A stretch of DNA of 34,264 nt from IMG/VR virus record IMGVR_UViG_3300002098_000094, positions 1 through 34,264 of that record. One strand, written 5' to 3'. This document shows positions 1 through 9,343 of the stretch, in pieces. Position numbers and translations under genes: made by a program. The notes beneath the pieces are model-generated. The model was not told the origin of the DNA, did not search any database, and worked only from the letters and a program-made list of their open reading frames with translations. This stretch comes from a virus. Its lineage: Duplodnaviria; Caudoviricetes. Every line of letters starts with the position of its first letter. Position 1 is the stretch's first letter.

Positions 1-205
1 TGTACGTTTTGGACTTCCTTTTGCTTGTTTTGTGCAGATTAGATGGAGTAAAACTCGTCTAGTACAGTTTGGTGCAGGTTGGAAGCAATCAGGACGTATT
101 GCAGTACATTTAAGGTTTCAGACAGATGCAAGTGCTGCTGCTGGCTATCATGTAGGGATGCCTAACACAGGTCAGGCACAAGGCTTTGAGTACGGTGGAC
201 ATTAA
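1..205 (+). CDS. 3' part of a hypothetical protein that appears to begin at 34140 (junction-spanning, ~109 aa)
   Basis: Frame starting at base 2 is open (VRFGLPFACFVQIRWSK...FEYGGH*) to TAA 203-205 and is in frame with the open ORF at the window end. Confidence 0.65.
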   Translation, partial: VRFGLPFACFVQIRWSKTRLVQFGAGWKQSGRIAVHLRFQTDASAAAGYHVGMPNTGQAQGFEYGGH

Positions 206-349
206 GTGGGTAAAACGCAACACAATGGGTTAATTAAACGCTGTAAAAAGTGTCATGAACCATTTGAAAAACAAAAAGGGGAAAATGCTGACTGCTGTGA
301 ATTATGCAGGTTAAAACAATCAAATAAAGGAAAAAAACATGGATTTTAG
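206..349 (+). CDS. 47-aa small zinc-finger-like protein
   Basis: GTG start abutting previous stop; MGKTQHNGLIKRCKKCHEPF...DCCELC has two CxxC pairs; below ORF-track cutoff. Confidence 0.5.
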   Translation: MGKTQHNGLIKRCKKCHEPFEKQKGENADCCELCRLKQSNKGKKHGF

Positions 350-512
350 TTTCTTACATTTAGACAATATTGTAGTGATGTTATTATCTGCTGGTGCAGT
401 TTATGGCGCAATTCGTTCAGACATTAAAAATATACATGAAAAAATTAATGATGTACAAGAATCTAGCAATGCCGCACATCAACGCATTGATGCAATATTA
501 ATGAAAAAATAA
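339..512 (+). CDS. 57-aa membrane protein with one TM helix plus coiled coil (XhlA/holin-like)
   Basis: RBS AAGGA; MDFSFLHLDNIVVMLLSAGAVYGAIRSDIKNIHEKI...AHQRIDAILMKK. Confidence 0.6.
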   Translation: MDFSFLHLDNIVVMLLSAGAVYGAIRSDIKNIHEKINDVQESSNAAHQRIDAILMKK

Positions 513-515
513 TAC

Positions 516-851
516 ATGTTAGCGCCAATATTTGACATTCCATTTGATTCCGATAAAGATTGGAAAGTGTGGATGTTAGACCATTCATTGCAACATGATA
601 GTATTTACGTTTCATTAGTGACAAAAGGTAAGACAATCATTAAACTACCTTTAACAGAAGCTAAAGACCCTAATGATAAAGATTGGATGAATAACCACCA
701 ATTAGAGCATGAAGCAATTTACGCAGTATTAGGTTTGGCAGGGATGCCTGATTTAGCATCTTCTGATTTAACTAAGCAAGACCAATGGCAAGCATGGCAG
801 GAATTACATCAAGACGTTCATGCTTTGATTAATACTACATTAGGAATTTAA
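516..851 (+). CDS. hypothetical virion-module protein with repeated W..H...H motifs
   Basis: ORF track; three repeats (WMLDHSLQH, WMNNHQLEH, WQELHQDVH); tight operon packing. Confidence 0.7.
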   Translation: MLAPIFDIPFDSDKDWKVWMLDHSLQHDSIYVSLVTKGKTIIKLPLTEAKDPNDKDWMNNHQLEHEAIYAVLGLAGMPDLASSDLTKQDQWQAWQELHQDVHALINTTLGI

Positions 852-853
852 AA

Positions 854-1171
854 ATGGCAGCAAATTCACAAGCAATGATACAAAAAATTTTGCAAGTATT
901 TGGTAAATTAGATTTACCAACATTGCAACAATTTTATCAAATGGCAGCACAATGTTTACAAAATCCACAAAGTTATCCACAACTTTTACAAAAAGTAATT
1001 GCTACTGGCAAAGTTAAACAAGGTGAATTGCCAATGCAATATGATGAAAAAATAGTAAAAGCATTAGCACTTGCATTGCAAATTGCAATTTCACAAAAAC
1101 AAAGTGGTAAAAATAAAACGCCACAAGTAGGAGCGCAACCACAACCATTGCAAATGCCTAAAACATTATGA
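854..1171 (+). CDS. hypothetical Gln-rich protein
   Basis: ORF track; RBS AGGA; operon packing. Confidence 0.7.
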   Translation: MAANSQAMIQKILQVFGKLDLPTLQQFYQMAAQCLQNPQSYPQLLQKVIATGKVKQGELPMQYDEKIVKALALALQIAISQKQSGKNKTPQVGAQPQPLQMPKTL

Positions 1172-1620
1172 TTACTTTTCAACAAGAATTTTGTTATAAC
1201 GTCAGTCAAGATTGGCTTGATTTGTTTAATGCACATTATGAAGAAATTGCATGGAATAAAGACAAAATACCGTTGCGCCCAGATTTAAAAAAATACGCAG
1301 CAATGGAAGCAACAGGCATGATGAAATGTTATACAGCACGTGAAGATGGCAAAATCATTGGTTATGCCGTGTGGTTTATTTTGCATCATATGCACTATCA
1401 AGATACGTTAATGGCAATGAATGACATTATTTATATTGCTAAAGAAAAAAGGGGTTCGATGACAGGTATCAAATTACTTGAATATTCGGAAAAGGAATTA
1501 AAACAATTTGGGGTGCAAACTATTGGATTGCACATTAAAAAAGTGTTTGATTGGGGCAGAGTAGCTGAAAGAATAGGCTATGAATGTGTCGAAAGCACTT
1601 ATCAGAAATGGATAGGTTAA
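1168..1620 (+). CDS. GNAT-family acetyltransferase
   Basis: GNAT motif A-like DIIYIAKEKRGSMTGIKLL and ERIGY; position just before ejection proteins as in many podoviruses. Confidence 0.8.
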   Translation: MITFQQEFCYNVSQDWLDLFNAHYEEIAWNKDKIPLRPDLKKYAAMEATGMMKCYTAREDGKIIGYAVWFILHHMHYQDTLMAMNDIIYIAKEKRGSMTGIKLLEYSEKELKQFGVQTIGLHIKKVFDWGRVAERIGYECVESTYQKWIG

Positions 1621-1630
1621 GGAGAACATC

Positions 1631-3133
1631 ATGGGTGTTTCAGCAGTTGTAGCAGCCGTTGCAGATTCAGTAGCTAGTGTTACCGTAGCAGACGTTTTAA
1701 CAGGTGCAGCCGTAGGTGGTTTAGTATCTGGCGTAACTGGTGGTGACATTTTACAAGGCGCAGCAATGGGTGGGCTTGGTGGCGCAGTGGGCGATATTGC
1801 AGGAAATTTATATGGTCAAGCTGCCAATGCTTTAGCGCCTGCAACAACTGTTTCTGGTGCTATTCCAACGGCTTCAGATATTGGTGCTGGTTTTGGTTAT
1901 GGTACAGAAGCAGCAGGCGCTGGTGCAATTAGTGGTGTTCCTTCTGCATTAGATATAGGTGCGGGTTTTGGTGCTAATGCTGCAGCTACTGGATTAAATT
2001 TAAGTCCAGCATTAGGTGGTATTAGTGGAATTACAAGTGGTTTTGATTCTGCAACTGGCGCACAAATTCCTAGCACTGCGGCAAGCGCTACCCCTTTAGG
2101 GGGTACTGTTGGTGGTGGTCCTAATTTAACAAGTGCTTTACAAAGTTCTAATGTTTTAGGTCCTGGTCCTATTTCTGGATTTAATAATGCGCCTGTAAGT
2201 GGCGTAAGTGGCACACCTGCTGAAACTGCTATATCATCTACACCAAGCCCTGCTGTTTCAAGTTTTGCACCTACACCATCACCATTAGCACCAGAAAGTT
2301 TAAGTGCTGATACAGGCGCATCAACAGATGCAATTACAGGCGCTAAAACTGCAACAGCAACAGAAACAGCAACACCACTTGCACCTACAGTTTCAACATC
2401 AGTTCCATCAATAACAAAAGAAGCAGACGTAACAGCAAAAGATTTAGGCGCTGGTTTTGGTACTACAGGACAAAATGCAGGGGCAATTGATTTAGGTGGT
2501 GCAAAACCGCCATCTATTCCACAAGTGGGTGCAACGCCACCACCTCCTACAGAACCATCATTTTTAGGAGAATTAGGCACTGGCATTAAAAAACAAATTG
2601 CTAATAATGCTTTGACTTTGGGTTTAGGCGCTTACAGTATGTTAAATCAACCTAAATTGCCAGCTTCATTAGGAACGCCAACAGCAGCTAATGCTTCAAC
2701 TACCATTGCAGCCAATGCAGCGCAAGCAGGGCAAACAGGGCAACAATTATTAACTGCGGCTAAAGAAGGCACAGTCACGCCAGGTCAACAAGCAGCGTTA
2801 AATTTATGGGCATCTAATGCTAAAGCAACAGTAAAAGATTATTATGCAAAACAAGGCTTATCTAATAGTTCTATGGAAGCCTCTGCATTAAATAATATTG
2901 ACCAACAAGTTGCAGCACAAATGGAACAAATTGTGCAACAAAACATTACGCAAGGTTTGGCAGCATTAGGTTCATCTAATACAGCAAATACTGCAATAGC
3001 TAATGCACAAATTGCAAATAACACGGCCGTGCAAAATATGATGACTAATTTAGCTAAAGCAACAGGTAGTGCGGCTGGTCAAGCATCTAACCCAACAGGC
3101 ACATCTGGCGCAACTGGCACTGCTACTGCATAA
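1631..3133 (+). CDS. putative internal virion/DNA ejection protein 1 (Ala/Gly/Thr-rich)
   Basis: Glycine-zipper N-terminus, low complexity, Gln/Ala helical C-terminus; first of three large ORFs after tail genes (P22 gp7/gp20/gp16-like position). Confidence 0.6.
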   Translation: MGVSAVVAAVADSVASVTVADVLTGAAVGGLVSGVTGGDILQGAAMGGLGGAVGDIAGNLYGQAANALAPATTVSGAIPTASDIGAGFGYGTEAAGAGAISGVPSALDIGAGFGANAAATGLNLSPALGGISGITSGFDSATGAQIPSTAASATPLGGTVGGGPNLTSALQSSNVLGPGPISGFNNAPVSGVSGTPAETAISSTPSPAVSSFAPTPSPLAPESLSADTGASTDAITGAKTATATETATPLAPTVSTSVPSITKEADVTAKDLGAGFGTTGQNAGAIDLGGAKPPSIPQVGATPPPPTEPSFLGELGTGIKKQIANNALTLGLGAYSMLNQPKLPASLGTPTAANASTTIAANAAQAGQTGQQLLTAAKEGTVTPGQQAALNLWASNAKATVKDYYAKQGLSNSSMEASALNNIDQQVAAQMEQIVQQNITQGLAALGSSNTANTAIANAQIANNTAVQNMMTNLAKATGSAAGQASNPTGTSGATGTATA

Positions 3134-3142
3134 GGATAAATC

Positions 3143-4621
3143 ATGGCTATTGTCTTACCTAAAACAGTTGATACTTTTTCACAAAAGTTAATGGATTTAA
3201 CTAATCGTGAAAGAGAAGGCACGGCACGTATTGAAAAAGAACGTGAATCACGTATTGCACCGCATGAAAAAGTTTATCAAGAATCTTATGGCACATTAAA
3301 AGACATTTCTGCCAAAGAACAACAAGCCTTAGATGAAGCAACAAAGGCGCAAGAAGGGGTAGCGCAGTGGGCTGAAAAAAATATTCCTAAAGCACAGGAA
3401 ATACAAGATTTCAAACCAGAGCCATTAAATCAAAAAGACATGCAAGCGTTTGGCGCAATTATGACTGCGTTTGCATTGATTGGTAGCAAAGGCACATTAA
3501 ACCCAATGGTTAATGCAGGCAATGCGCTTGCAGGGGCTATTGAAGGGTATACGCAAGGCAATCAAAGAAAGTTTGAAAACGATTATAAAACGTATAAAGT
3601 CAATTTTGATAAAGCCGTTAAAACGCATGAAAATGAATTGGCACAATATAAAGAAGTGCTTAGTGCTAAAAATTTAGACATTTCAGCTAAGTTTAGACGA
3701 GCAGAATTAATTGCTAAAGGGGCAGGCGATACTAAATTAGCAATGGATTTTGCTAGTCACAACATTGATAGAATTGAAAAAGAATTAACGGCCAAACAAC
3801 AACAATTAGACAAAGTAATTTCATCAGAAGAAAAAATGATGACACAATTGCAAATGCATTATGATTCTATAGAGCAACGTGTTGAAGATAGAGCATTAAG
3901 AGCATCATTAGGTCAACAACGTATTGATATAACTGCTGACAAAGCCTATGGTGGTACATCTTTACTTGTAAAAGACTATACAGGCACACGATTACCTTCT
4001 AAAGAAGCAACAGAAGTAGCTAATATTGGTAATGCAATAGGTGAAGCGTATGCGTTGGCTAATATTGCACAAACAACGCCAAGTGTAATTGGTCGTGAAG
4101 GCCAAGTTAAATCATTTATTGAACGCTATGCCGATTCTATTAGAGGCGCTGGTCAAGCCCCATCAGAGGAAGGTTTACCACAAGATGCTTTAGTATTTGC
4201 TAAACGATACGCTTCTTATCTTGTTAAATATGAACGGTCACTCGCTGGTGGTGCTAAAGGCTTTACAGTGGCCTTGCAAAATAGATTTAATACATTGATG
4301 CAACCTAATCAATTTACGCCAGATGGTTTTAAGAGTTTAATGAAAGACCATATTCGTGAATTATCTGCTAACGCTTCTGCAATTACGCCTTCTGCTAACA
4401 TTCAAAATATGTCAGCAATGGGGATTGATATTAGTACACGTGCAGGCGATACCAATGCAGAACAAGGTTATAATTTATTGTCACAAACGCCATCTACTGA
4501 AACAGCAAAACCTGCTGCACCTGCTGCTAATCAAATTCATAAATTCCATAACCGTGAAATTGTACCTAATGCTCAAAACACTGGATGGGTGTATAAAGAT
4601 GATGGAAAGGAAGCTAAATAA
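3143..4621 (+). CDS. putative DNA ejection protein 2 (coiled coil)
   Basis: Long helical charged protein with one hydrophobic segment (AFGAIMTAFALIG); synteny. Confidence 0.6.
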   Translation: MAIVLPKTVDTFSQKLMDLTNREREGTARIEKERESRIAPHEKVYQESYGTLKDISAKEQQALDEATKAQEGVAQWAEKNIPKAQEIQDFKPEPLNQKDMQAFGAIMTAFALIGSKGTLNPMVNAGNALAGAIEGYTQGNQRKFENDYKTYKVNFDKAVKTHENELAQYKEVLSAKNLDISAKFRRAELIAKGAGDTKLAMDFASHNIDRIEKELTAKQQQLDKVISSEEKMMTQLQMHYDSIEQRVEDRALRASLGQQRIDITADKAYGGTSLLVKDYTGTRLPSKEATEVANIGNAIGEAYALANIAQTTPSVIGREGQVKSFIERYADSIRGAGQAPSEEGLPQDALVFAKRYASYLVKYERSLAGGAKGFTVALQNRFNTLMQPNQFTPDGFKSLMKDHIRELSANASAITPSANIQNMSAMGIDISTRAGDTNAEQGYNLLSQTPSTETAKPAAPAANQIHKFHNREIVPNAQNTGWVYKDDGKEAK

Positions 4622-6093
4622 TGGCTTTGCCACCTTTACCTGCTGGCGCTACTGTTGAATTGCCACCTTTACCAGAAGGTGCTGTATCAGAACCCCATCC
4701 TGCACATGCAGAACCAACTTCTTTAGGTGAAAAAGCCTATGGGTTAGGGCGTGGATTAGTTAAAGGTGTCGGTGGCATGGTAGGTGACGTTGAATCTATG
4801 TTACCTAGTGGCCATATATCTCCTGCTGGTTTAGCAGTGCAAGCGTTAACGCCAGGTGGGTTAGCACCTGCCGTATATCAAGAAGCAAAAGCAGGATTAG
4901 GCCGTGAATCACTTGCACCGACATCAGAAGATGTATCCACAGGTTTAACTGCTGTTGGTTTGCCACCTTCTAAAGCAACTACCACAGAAAAAATTGGTGA
5001 GCATATTCCTGACGTATATTTAGGCGGTAAAGCTGCTTTTGATATTGGTAAAGCTGGCGTTGGCGCAATTAAAAGTTATTTAAAAGCGCCAGAACTTGTT
5101 GGTAAGCCAACTGGTTTTGTAGAACTTGGTGAGCGTATTAAAACAGAAGTGCCAAAAACGGCAAAAGTAAGATACGAGTACAAAACTAAAGAAGCTGAAA
5201 AACTTTATGATTCTGCTAAAAAAGAAGCTAGAACAAAACAAGCGGCAGGCAACCCTTTTGCTGTATCAAAAGAAGGCCAATCATTAATTCAAGAATTAGA
5301 AGCATCTAAATATACCACTGCACCAAATGGTGAAAAGTTTTTAGTTGGTAATGATAAAGTAAATGCGATTGATAATTTAATTAATGCTATTAAAGGTGAA
5401 ACTAAAGGTGGTAAAGAAGTTGTTAAAGAATTGCCACGTGGTCAAATTACAAGAAGAACTCCATCTAAAACAACTGAAAAAGACGTTGATGCAATTATCG
5501 AAGAATTACGTTATTTGCGTGAAGTAAACAGTCCAGGTGCAGAAGCACGGGGTTACAAAAGTTTAGATGCAAATTACAAACGTGATTTAATTAATAAATT
5601 AGAAACAAAATTGTATCAATGGAATCCAAAATACAAAAAAGCAGATGAAGCCTATAAAGTAGCATCTGAAAAGTTACGGCCTTTTCAAACACAATTAATG
5701 CAAAAGATTTTGAAACGTGAAAAGTATGACCCAAGTGAATTAATGGTGGATACAGAGCGTTTTTCTAAAGAATTTTTTAGTAGTCGTGACAAAGTTGCTG
5801 AATTAAAAGAAGCGGTAGGCAATGATGCTTTTGTTAAAGATTTGTCTAAAGATTACGTAGCCACTATTTTTGAAGGTAAAACGCCAGAGCAAGTAAAGGC
5901 TTTTGTTGCCAATCCAGAAAATACTGGTTGGTTAAAAGAAGCTGGCATTTACAATGAAGTAGAAAAATATGCACAACAAGCCAATCAAATAGCCAATAGA
6001 AAAGATATTATTAAAAAACTAGGTCTTGTTGCTGGTGGGGCTGCTATTGGTGAAGCGGTGTTTTCTAAAGCAAAAAAATTGTTAGGCTTTTAA
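4621..6093 (+). CDS. putative DNA ejection protein 3
   Basis: N-terminal LPPLPxGA repeats, helical body, C-terminal GLVAGGAAIG; synteny. Confidence 0.6.
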   Translation: MALPPLPAGATVELPPLPEGAVSEPHPAHAEPTSLGEKAYGLGRGLVKGVGGMVGDVESMLPSGHISPAGLAVQALTPGGLAPAVYQEAKAGLGRESLAPTSEDVSTGLTAVGLPPSKATTTEKIGEHIPDVYLGGKAAFDIGKAGVGAIKSYLKAPELVGKPTGFVELGERIKTEVPKTAKVRYEYKTKEAEKLYDSAKKEARTKQAAGNPFAVSKEGQSLIQELEASKYTTAPNGEKFLVGNDKVNAIDNLINAIKGETKGGKEVVKELPRGQITRRTPSKTTEKDVDAIIEELRYLREVNSPGAEARGYKSLDANYKRDLINKLETKLYQWNPKYKKADEAYKVASEKLRPFQTQLMQKILKREKYDPSELMVDTERFSKEFFSSRDKVAELKEAVGNDAFVKDLSKDYVATIFEGKTPEQVKAFVANPENTGWLKEAGIYNEVEKYAQQANQIANRKDIIKKLGLVAGGAAIGEAVFSKAKKLLGF

Positions 6094-6118
6094 TAACTAA
6101 CCATAAGATATATTGATT

Positions 6119-6331
6119 ATGTCATCAAAACAATCTACTATTAATCCGTCAATTGACAAAGCCATTAAAGCAGCTTTAGCTTCCGCAGAGGATTTTAAAG
6201 AACGCATGATGGCGATTAACGCTGCAATCAAGTGGGAAGCTGTAAAATTAAAGGCTTCCGATGATGATTTTGGTACACATTTTATGGATGATGATGAAGA
6301 TGAACAATCAATTTCTGATACAGGCGATTAA
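6119..6331 (+). CDS. small protein with acidic C-terminus
   Basis: ORF track (ATG 6119 preferred over TTG 6113); DDDFGTHFMDDDEDE tail. Confidence 0.6.
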   Translation: MSSKQSTINPSIDKAIKAALASAEDFKERMMAINAAIKWEAVKLKASDDDFGTHFMDDDEDEQSISDTGD

Positions 6332-6521
6332 CTTAGCAATGCAATTGTTATCGCAAAGGGTGTTTGCATTTTTAGCTTTACTATTAACCGCAGGTGGCTT
6401 TGTTTGGTGTTTAGCACAGCCAGATGTATTAAGAATTATTAGCGCTAGTATTTTTGGCGTGTTTTGTTTAATGTATCAAGGCAAAGATACTAAACCTGTT
6501 AAGGAGAGTAATGATGAGTAA
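6300..6521 (+). CDS. two-TM membrane protein (holin/antiholin candidate)
   Basis: In-frame ATG 6300; VFAFLALLLTAGGFVWCLA and IISASIFGVFCLMY; charged C-tail. Confidence 0.6.
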   Translation: MNNQFLIQAINLAMQLLSQRVFAFLALLLTAGGFVWCLAQPDVLRIISASIFGVFCLMYQGKDTKPVKESNDE

Positions 6522-6783
6522 TGAATTAACACCAGGCTTTTGTTTACCATTTCATGGTAAATGCAACACCGAGTTTCACAATGATTGGGGTACTAAACCA
6601 ACACAAGTGCAACGTAATGCTGAACACAATCGTAGTTTTGGCAGTGTGCAACCTAAACCAATGGCTTTTCAACCATTCTTTCGTTTTGGTGCCGCTGTTG
6701 ATGGTCGTACTAATATGTCAGAATCTAACCGTGCGTTGGGTGGGCGTGGTCAAAACCAACCAGAAGCAGTTAAAGTCAAATGA
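6511..6783 (+). CDS. hypothetical protein
   Basis: RBS AAGGAG; ORF track. Confidence 0.7.
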   Translation: MMSNELTPGFCLPFHGKCNTEFHNDWGTKPTQVQRNAEHNRSFGSVQPKPMAFQPFFRFGAAVDGRTNMSESNRALGGRGQNQPEAVKVK

Positions 6784-7217
6784 TAGCCAAAATCTTACGT
6801 ACTGAAACTAGTACGCAAGGCACGTTTGGTATTTTAACCACAGATAATGGGTTTACTTGTTATACAGGTGAACTCATGTGGGATGACAACATACGTGGTC
6901 ATAGTTGCATCCCTGCTGGTACGTATCAATGCGTGTGGCATCATTCACCGTCTAAAGGATGGGTATATGAAGTCACTAATGTACCTAATCGCAGTGACAT
7001 ATTGATACATATTGCCAATTATTGTGGTCAAGTGCCAGAATACAAATGTGATTTATTAGGTTGTATTGGGCTTGGGGCTAGAATTGGTGAACTTATGAAT
7101 CAAAAAGCCATATTGCAAAGCGGTTTGGCGATTGCTGATTTTAATGTTATTGCAAATAAACAACCTTTTACTTTAGAGATAAGTTGGCAAGATGGTGTTG
7201 GTGAAAATAATTCATGA
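6780..7217 (+). CDS. DUF5675-family protein, probable endolysin
   Basis: GTFG, SCIPAGTY, VPNRSDILIHIAN...DLLGCIGLG motifs (His...Cys, L,D-transpeptidase-like); adjacent to holin and spanins. Confidence 0.75.
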   Translation: MIAKILRTETSTQGTFGILTTDNGFTCYTGELMWDDNIRGHSCIPAGTYQCVWHHSPSKGWVYEVTNVPNRSDILIHIANYCGQVPEYKCDLLGCIGLGARIGELMNQKAILQSGLAIADFNVIANKQPFTLEISWQDGVGENNS

Positions 7218-7419
7218 TTGGTTCACTGAACCAGATAATGAAACGTATTGCCTTGTTAAAGCGATTGCGGCAAGTGGTACTTTGGTGTTTTTTGCTTGCT
7301 CTATTGTTCACGTGGTTGCCAATCATACTTTTAGCTTCACCGATTTTGGTGTTGGTTTGGGTTCTATCATGGCTGGAGCAGGTGGAGCATTATTAATGAA
7401 AAAGGATACACCTAAATGA
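7192..7419 (+). CDS. putative holin (2 TM)
   Basis: Two hydrophobic helices, basic C-tail KKDTPK, between endolysin and spanins. Confidence 0.65.
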   Translation: MVLVKIIHDWFTEPDNETYCLVKAIAASGTLVFFACSIVHVVANHTFSFTDFGVGLGSIMAGAGGALLMKKDTPK

Positions 7420-7808
7420 TGACCTTATTAAGTTTGTATTGGAAACCGATAGGCATATTTGTGCTGACAGGTTTATTAATGACTTACATTGGCTTTATCC
7501 GACATGAACGTGACAGCGCAATTGCTGACCGTGAGGCTTTGAAGTTGCAAAATGCCACATTAAAGTTAGATATACAAACATGGCAATCAGCCGTTGAACA
7601 ACAAAACGCCAAGATAGATAACATGAACCATGCGTATGAAGCAATGACACAACGTGTGAACGATGCTAAACAACAAATTCAACACATGAATGTAGAAGCA
7701 CAGGTTAAGTTAGAAGCATTGAAGCATTACTATGAATCTATCCCCGATTCTGATAGCTGTGAGGCCGTAAAAAGGATTTTAGATGCCCAAGTACCCCCTA
7801 TTCATTAA
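7416..7808 (+). CDS. i-spanin (Rz-like)
   Basis: N-terminal TM then long coiled coil, C-terminal Cys. Confidence 0.75.
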   Translation: MMTLLSLYWKPIGIFVLTGLLMTYIGFIRHERDSAIADREALKLQNATLKLDIQTWQSAVEQQNAKIDNMNHAYEAMTQRVNDAKQQIQHMNVEAQVKLEALKHYYESIPDSDSCEAVKRILDAQVPPIH

Positions 7809-8091
7809 AATCGCTTCTATATCGGTTATTGTGTGTTTTACGGGGTGTACAACTGATAACACCAGAATCTTACCCTGTACCCCAGTAAAAATCCCAGTGT
7901 ACAAGAATTGTGACATTACAATACCACAATCGCCTGTTTATTTATTTGACCAAACTACTCCACAGGATTATCTAACGCATCGAGTTGAGAGCTTAATGTT
8001 AGACCGTCAAATGAGCCGTGATTATGAAGCTGCTCTATTGAAGGCATTGACTGTGTGTGTAAGTCCAGAATCCACAGCAACGGGGAATTAG
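7783..8091 (+). CDS. o-spanin lipoprotein (Rz1-like)
   Basis: Signal peptide with lipobox FTGC, Pro-rich linker, overlaps the i-spanin end. Confidence 0.75.
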   Translation: MPKYPLFIKIASISVIVCFTGCTTDNTRILPCTPVKIPVYKNCDITIPQSPVYLFDQTTPQDYLTHRVESLMLDRQMSRDYEAALLKALTVCVSPESTATGN

Positions 8092-8305
8092 GACATTCTC
8101 CTGTTTTCGCGTTGTATAAAGTACCTGTAATAACGTCTATTAAGAACTGAATCCCTTTAAATTGGTAATACACAAACGATTTTACTTTATTGCCTGTTGG
8201 CGTATGTAAGGTAAATTGTTTTTTAGGCAATTTATTTAATTTAGTGATTGTGCCGTTTGAAATACACGTGCCATCGGTAGAAAGGGTTAAATAGCGTGGT
8301 TGCAT
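7955..8305 (-). CDS. hypothetical protein, last gene of the leftward middle operon
   Basis: ATG directly follows upstream stop; 3' end overlaps the o-spanin gene on the opposite strand. Confidence 0.55.
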   Translation of the reverse strand: MQPRYLTLSTDGTCISNGTITKLNKLPKKQFTLHTPTGNKVKSFVYYQFKGIQFLIDVITGTLYNAKTGECPNSPLLWILDLHTQSMPSIEQLHNHGSFDGLTLSSQLDALDNPVE

Positions 8306-8306
8306 A

Positions 8307-8480
8307 TTAATCTTTAACTAAATTAGTAAGAATAGGTTTAATGTTGACGATGTCATTGTAAATTTTAATATCACTTTCACCATCCCAACCATGCAATCGA
8401 CATAAAACATATAACATTGCTTTTACTTCTTCAATTGTTTGAATTTTATCTAAATCAATTTTTAAAAAACCGTTATCCAT
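8307..8480 (-). CDS. 57-aa hypothetical protein
   Basis: RBS AAGGA; MDNGFLKIDLDKIQTIEEVKAMLYVLCRLHGW...; fills the operon gap. Confidence 0.6.
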   Translation of the reverse strand: MDNGFLKIDLDKIQTIEEVKAMLYVLCRLHGWDGESDIKIYNDIVNIKPILTNLVKD

Positions 8481-9129
8481 TTTTATTCCTTAATGCTTGT
8501 TCAATACAAACTCTATATTTATCATACGGAAAATCATTTCCCCATGACCATATACTTTGAATGATTGCATCATCTTCATCATCACTTAATCCTTGCCATG
8601 ATGGTGCAGGGTGGGTGTGCTTTTTAACAATATCAACAATAGATGTTCCATCATCAGCATTTATTCCATTTTCTTTTAAAACAATCCATAAATCATCCAA
8701 TGCTTTACTATAAGCCTTTGCTTTGTTATGCCAATGCTGATTAGAATTGCCTTTGTAATATTTATTCAAATAATATTTTTTACCATGTTCGTATCCAATT
8801 TTATAATTATCAACAGGTTCTTTTTCTGTCTGTTTTAATTCCTGTTCAACCCTATGTGCTTCATATCCATGTGCAAATCCTTGTTCGTATGTCATTGCTG
8901 GCTGTTCTACTATATCAACTAATGATGATTGATAAAATTGTTTATCTTTTTGTTGTTTAGCAACATCTTTTGAAATTGCTTCCAATATTTGATGCTGTTC
9001 TAATGCTTCTTTACAGGCTTGGATTTCAATATCAAAATATCCACTACCATCTTCTTTTCGTGGTGACCTTTCGTTTAATTGCATAAATGTTTTATGCGCC
9101 ATCTTTAATGCTTCGTCTTTATTCATCAC
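8473..9129 (-). CDS. mosaic accessory protein (MNKDEALKMA...ACKEALEQ...THPAPSWQGLSDDE type)
   Basis: ORF track; modular short-motif architecture typical of variable phage genes. Confidence 0.7.
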   Translation of the reverse strand: MMNKDEALKMAHKTFMQLNERSPRKEDGSGYFDIEIQACKEALEQHQILEAISKDVAKQQKDKQFYQSSLVDIVEQPAMTYEQGFAHGYEAHRVEQELKQTEKEPVDNYKIGYEHGKKYYLNKYYKGNSNQHWHNKAKAYSKALDDLWIVLKENGINADDGTSIVDIVKKHTHPAPSWQGLSDDEDDAIIQSIWSWGNDFPYDKYRVCIEQALRNKNG

Positions 9130-9320
9130 TTTTCCTTATTTGCAATTTACGAACTGCGTAACAGTAATCACGAGCAAATTTAACTTTTTCACGTTTAATT
9201 TTATTTGCTTGCTTTAAAGTTAAACAAGCTGCAACTGGTTTAGGATTCGTTCCATAATAAGTAAACGAACTATATGGAACTTGATAAACAACATAAACAT
9301 TCTTTAATGCTTCGTCTTTA
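9102..9320. repeat. 20-bp exact direct repeat (9102-9121 and 9301-9320)
   Basis: tctttaatgcttcgtcttta in both places, encoding KDEALK at the start of two adjacent genes. Confidence 0.9.
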
Positions 9321-9328
9321 GTAACCAT
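9119..9328 (-). CDS. hypothetical protein
   Basis: RBS AAGGA; shares N-terminal KDEALK with neighbour. Confidence 0.65.
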   Translation of the reverse strand: MVTKDEALKNVYVVYQVPYSSFTYYGTNPKPVAACLTLKQANKIKREKVKFARDYCYAVRKLQIRKSDE

Positions 9329-9343
9329 TTTTAATCCTTATTA

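Noticed and set aside
1897-2586. 229-aa minus-strand ORF
   Set aside because: Antisense shadow of a low-complexity Ala/Gly/Thr gene, no RBS or context
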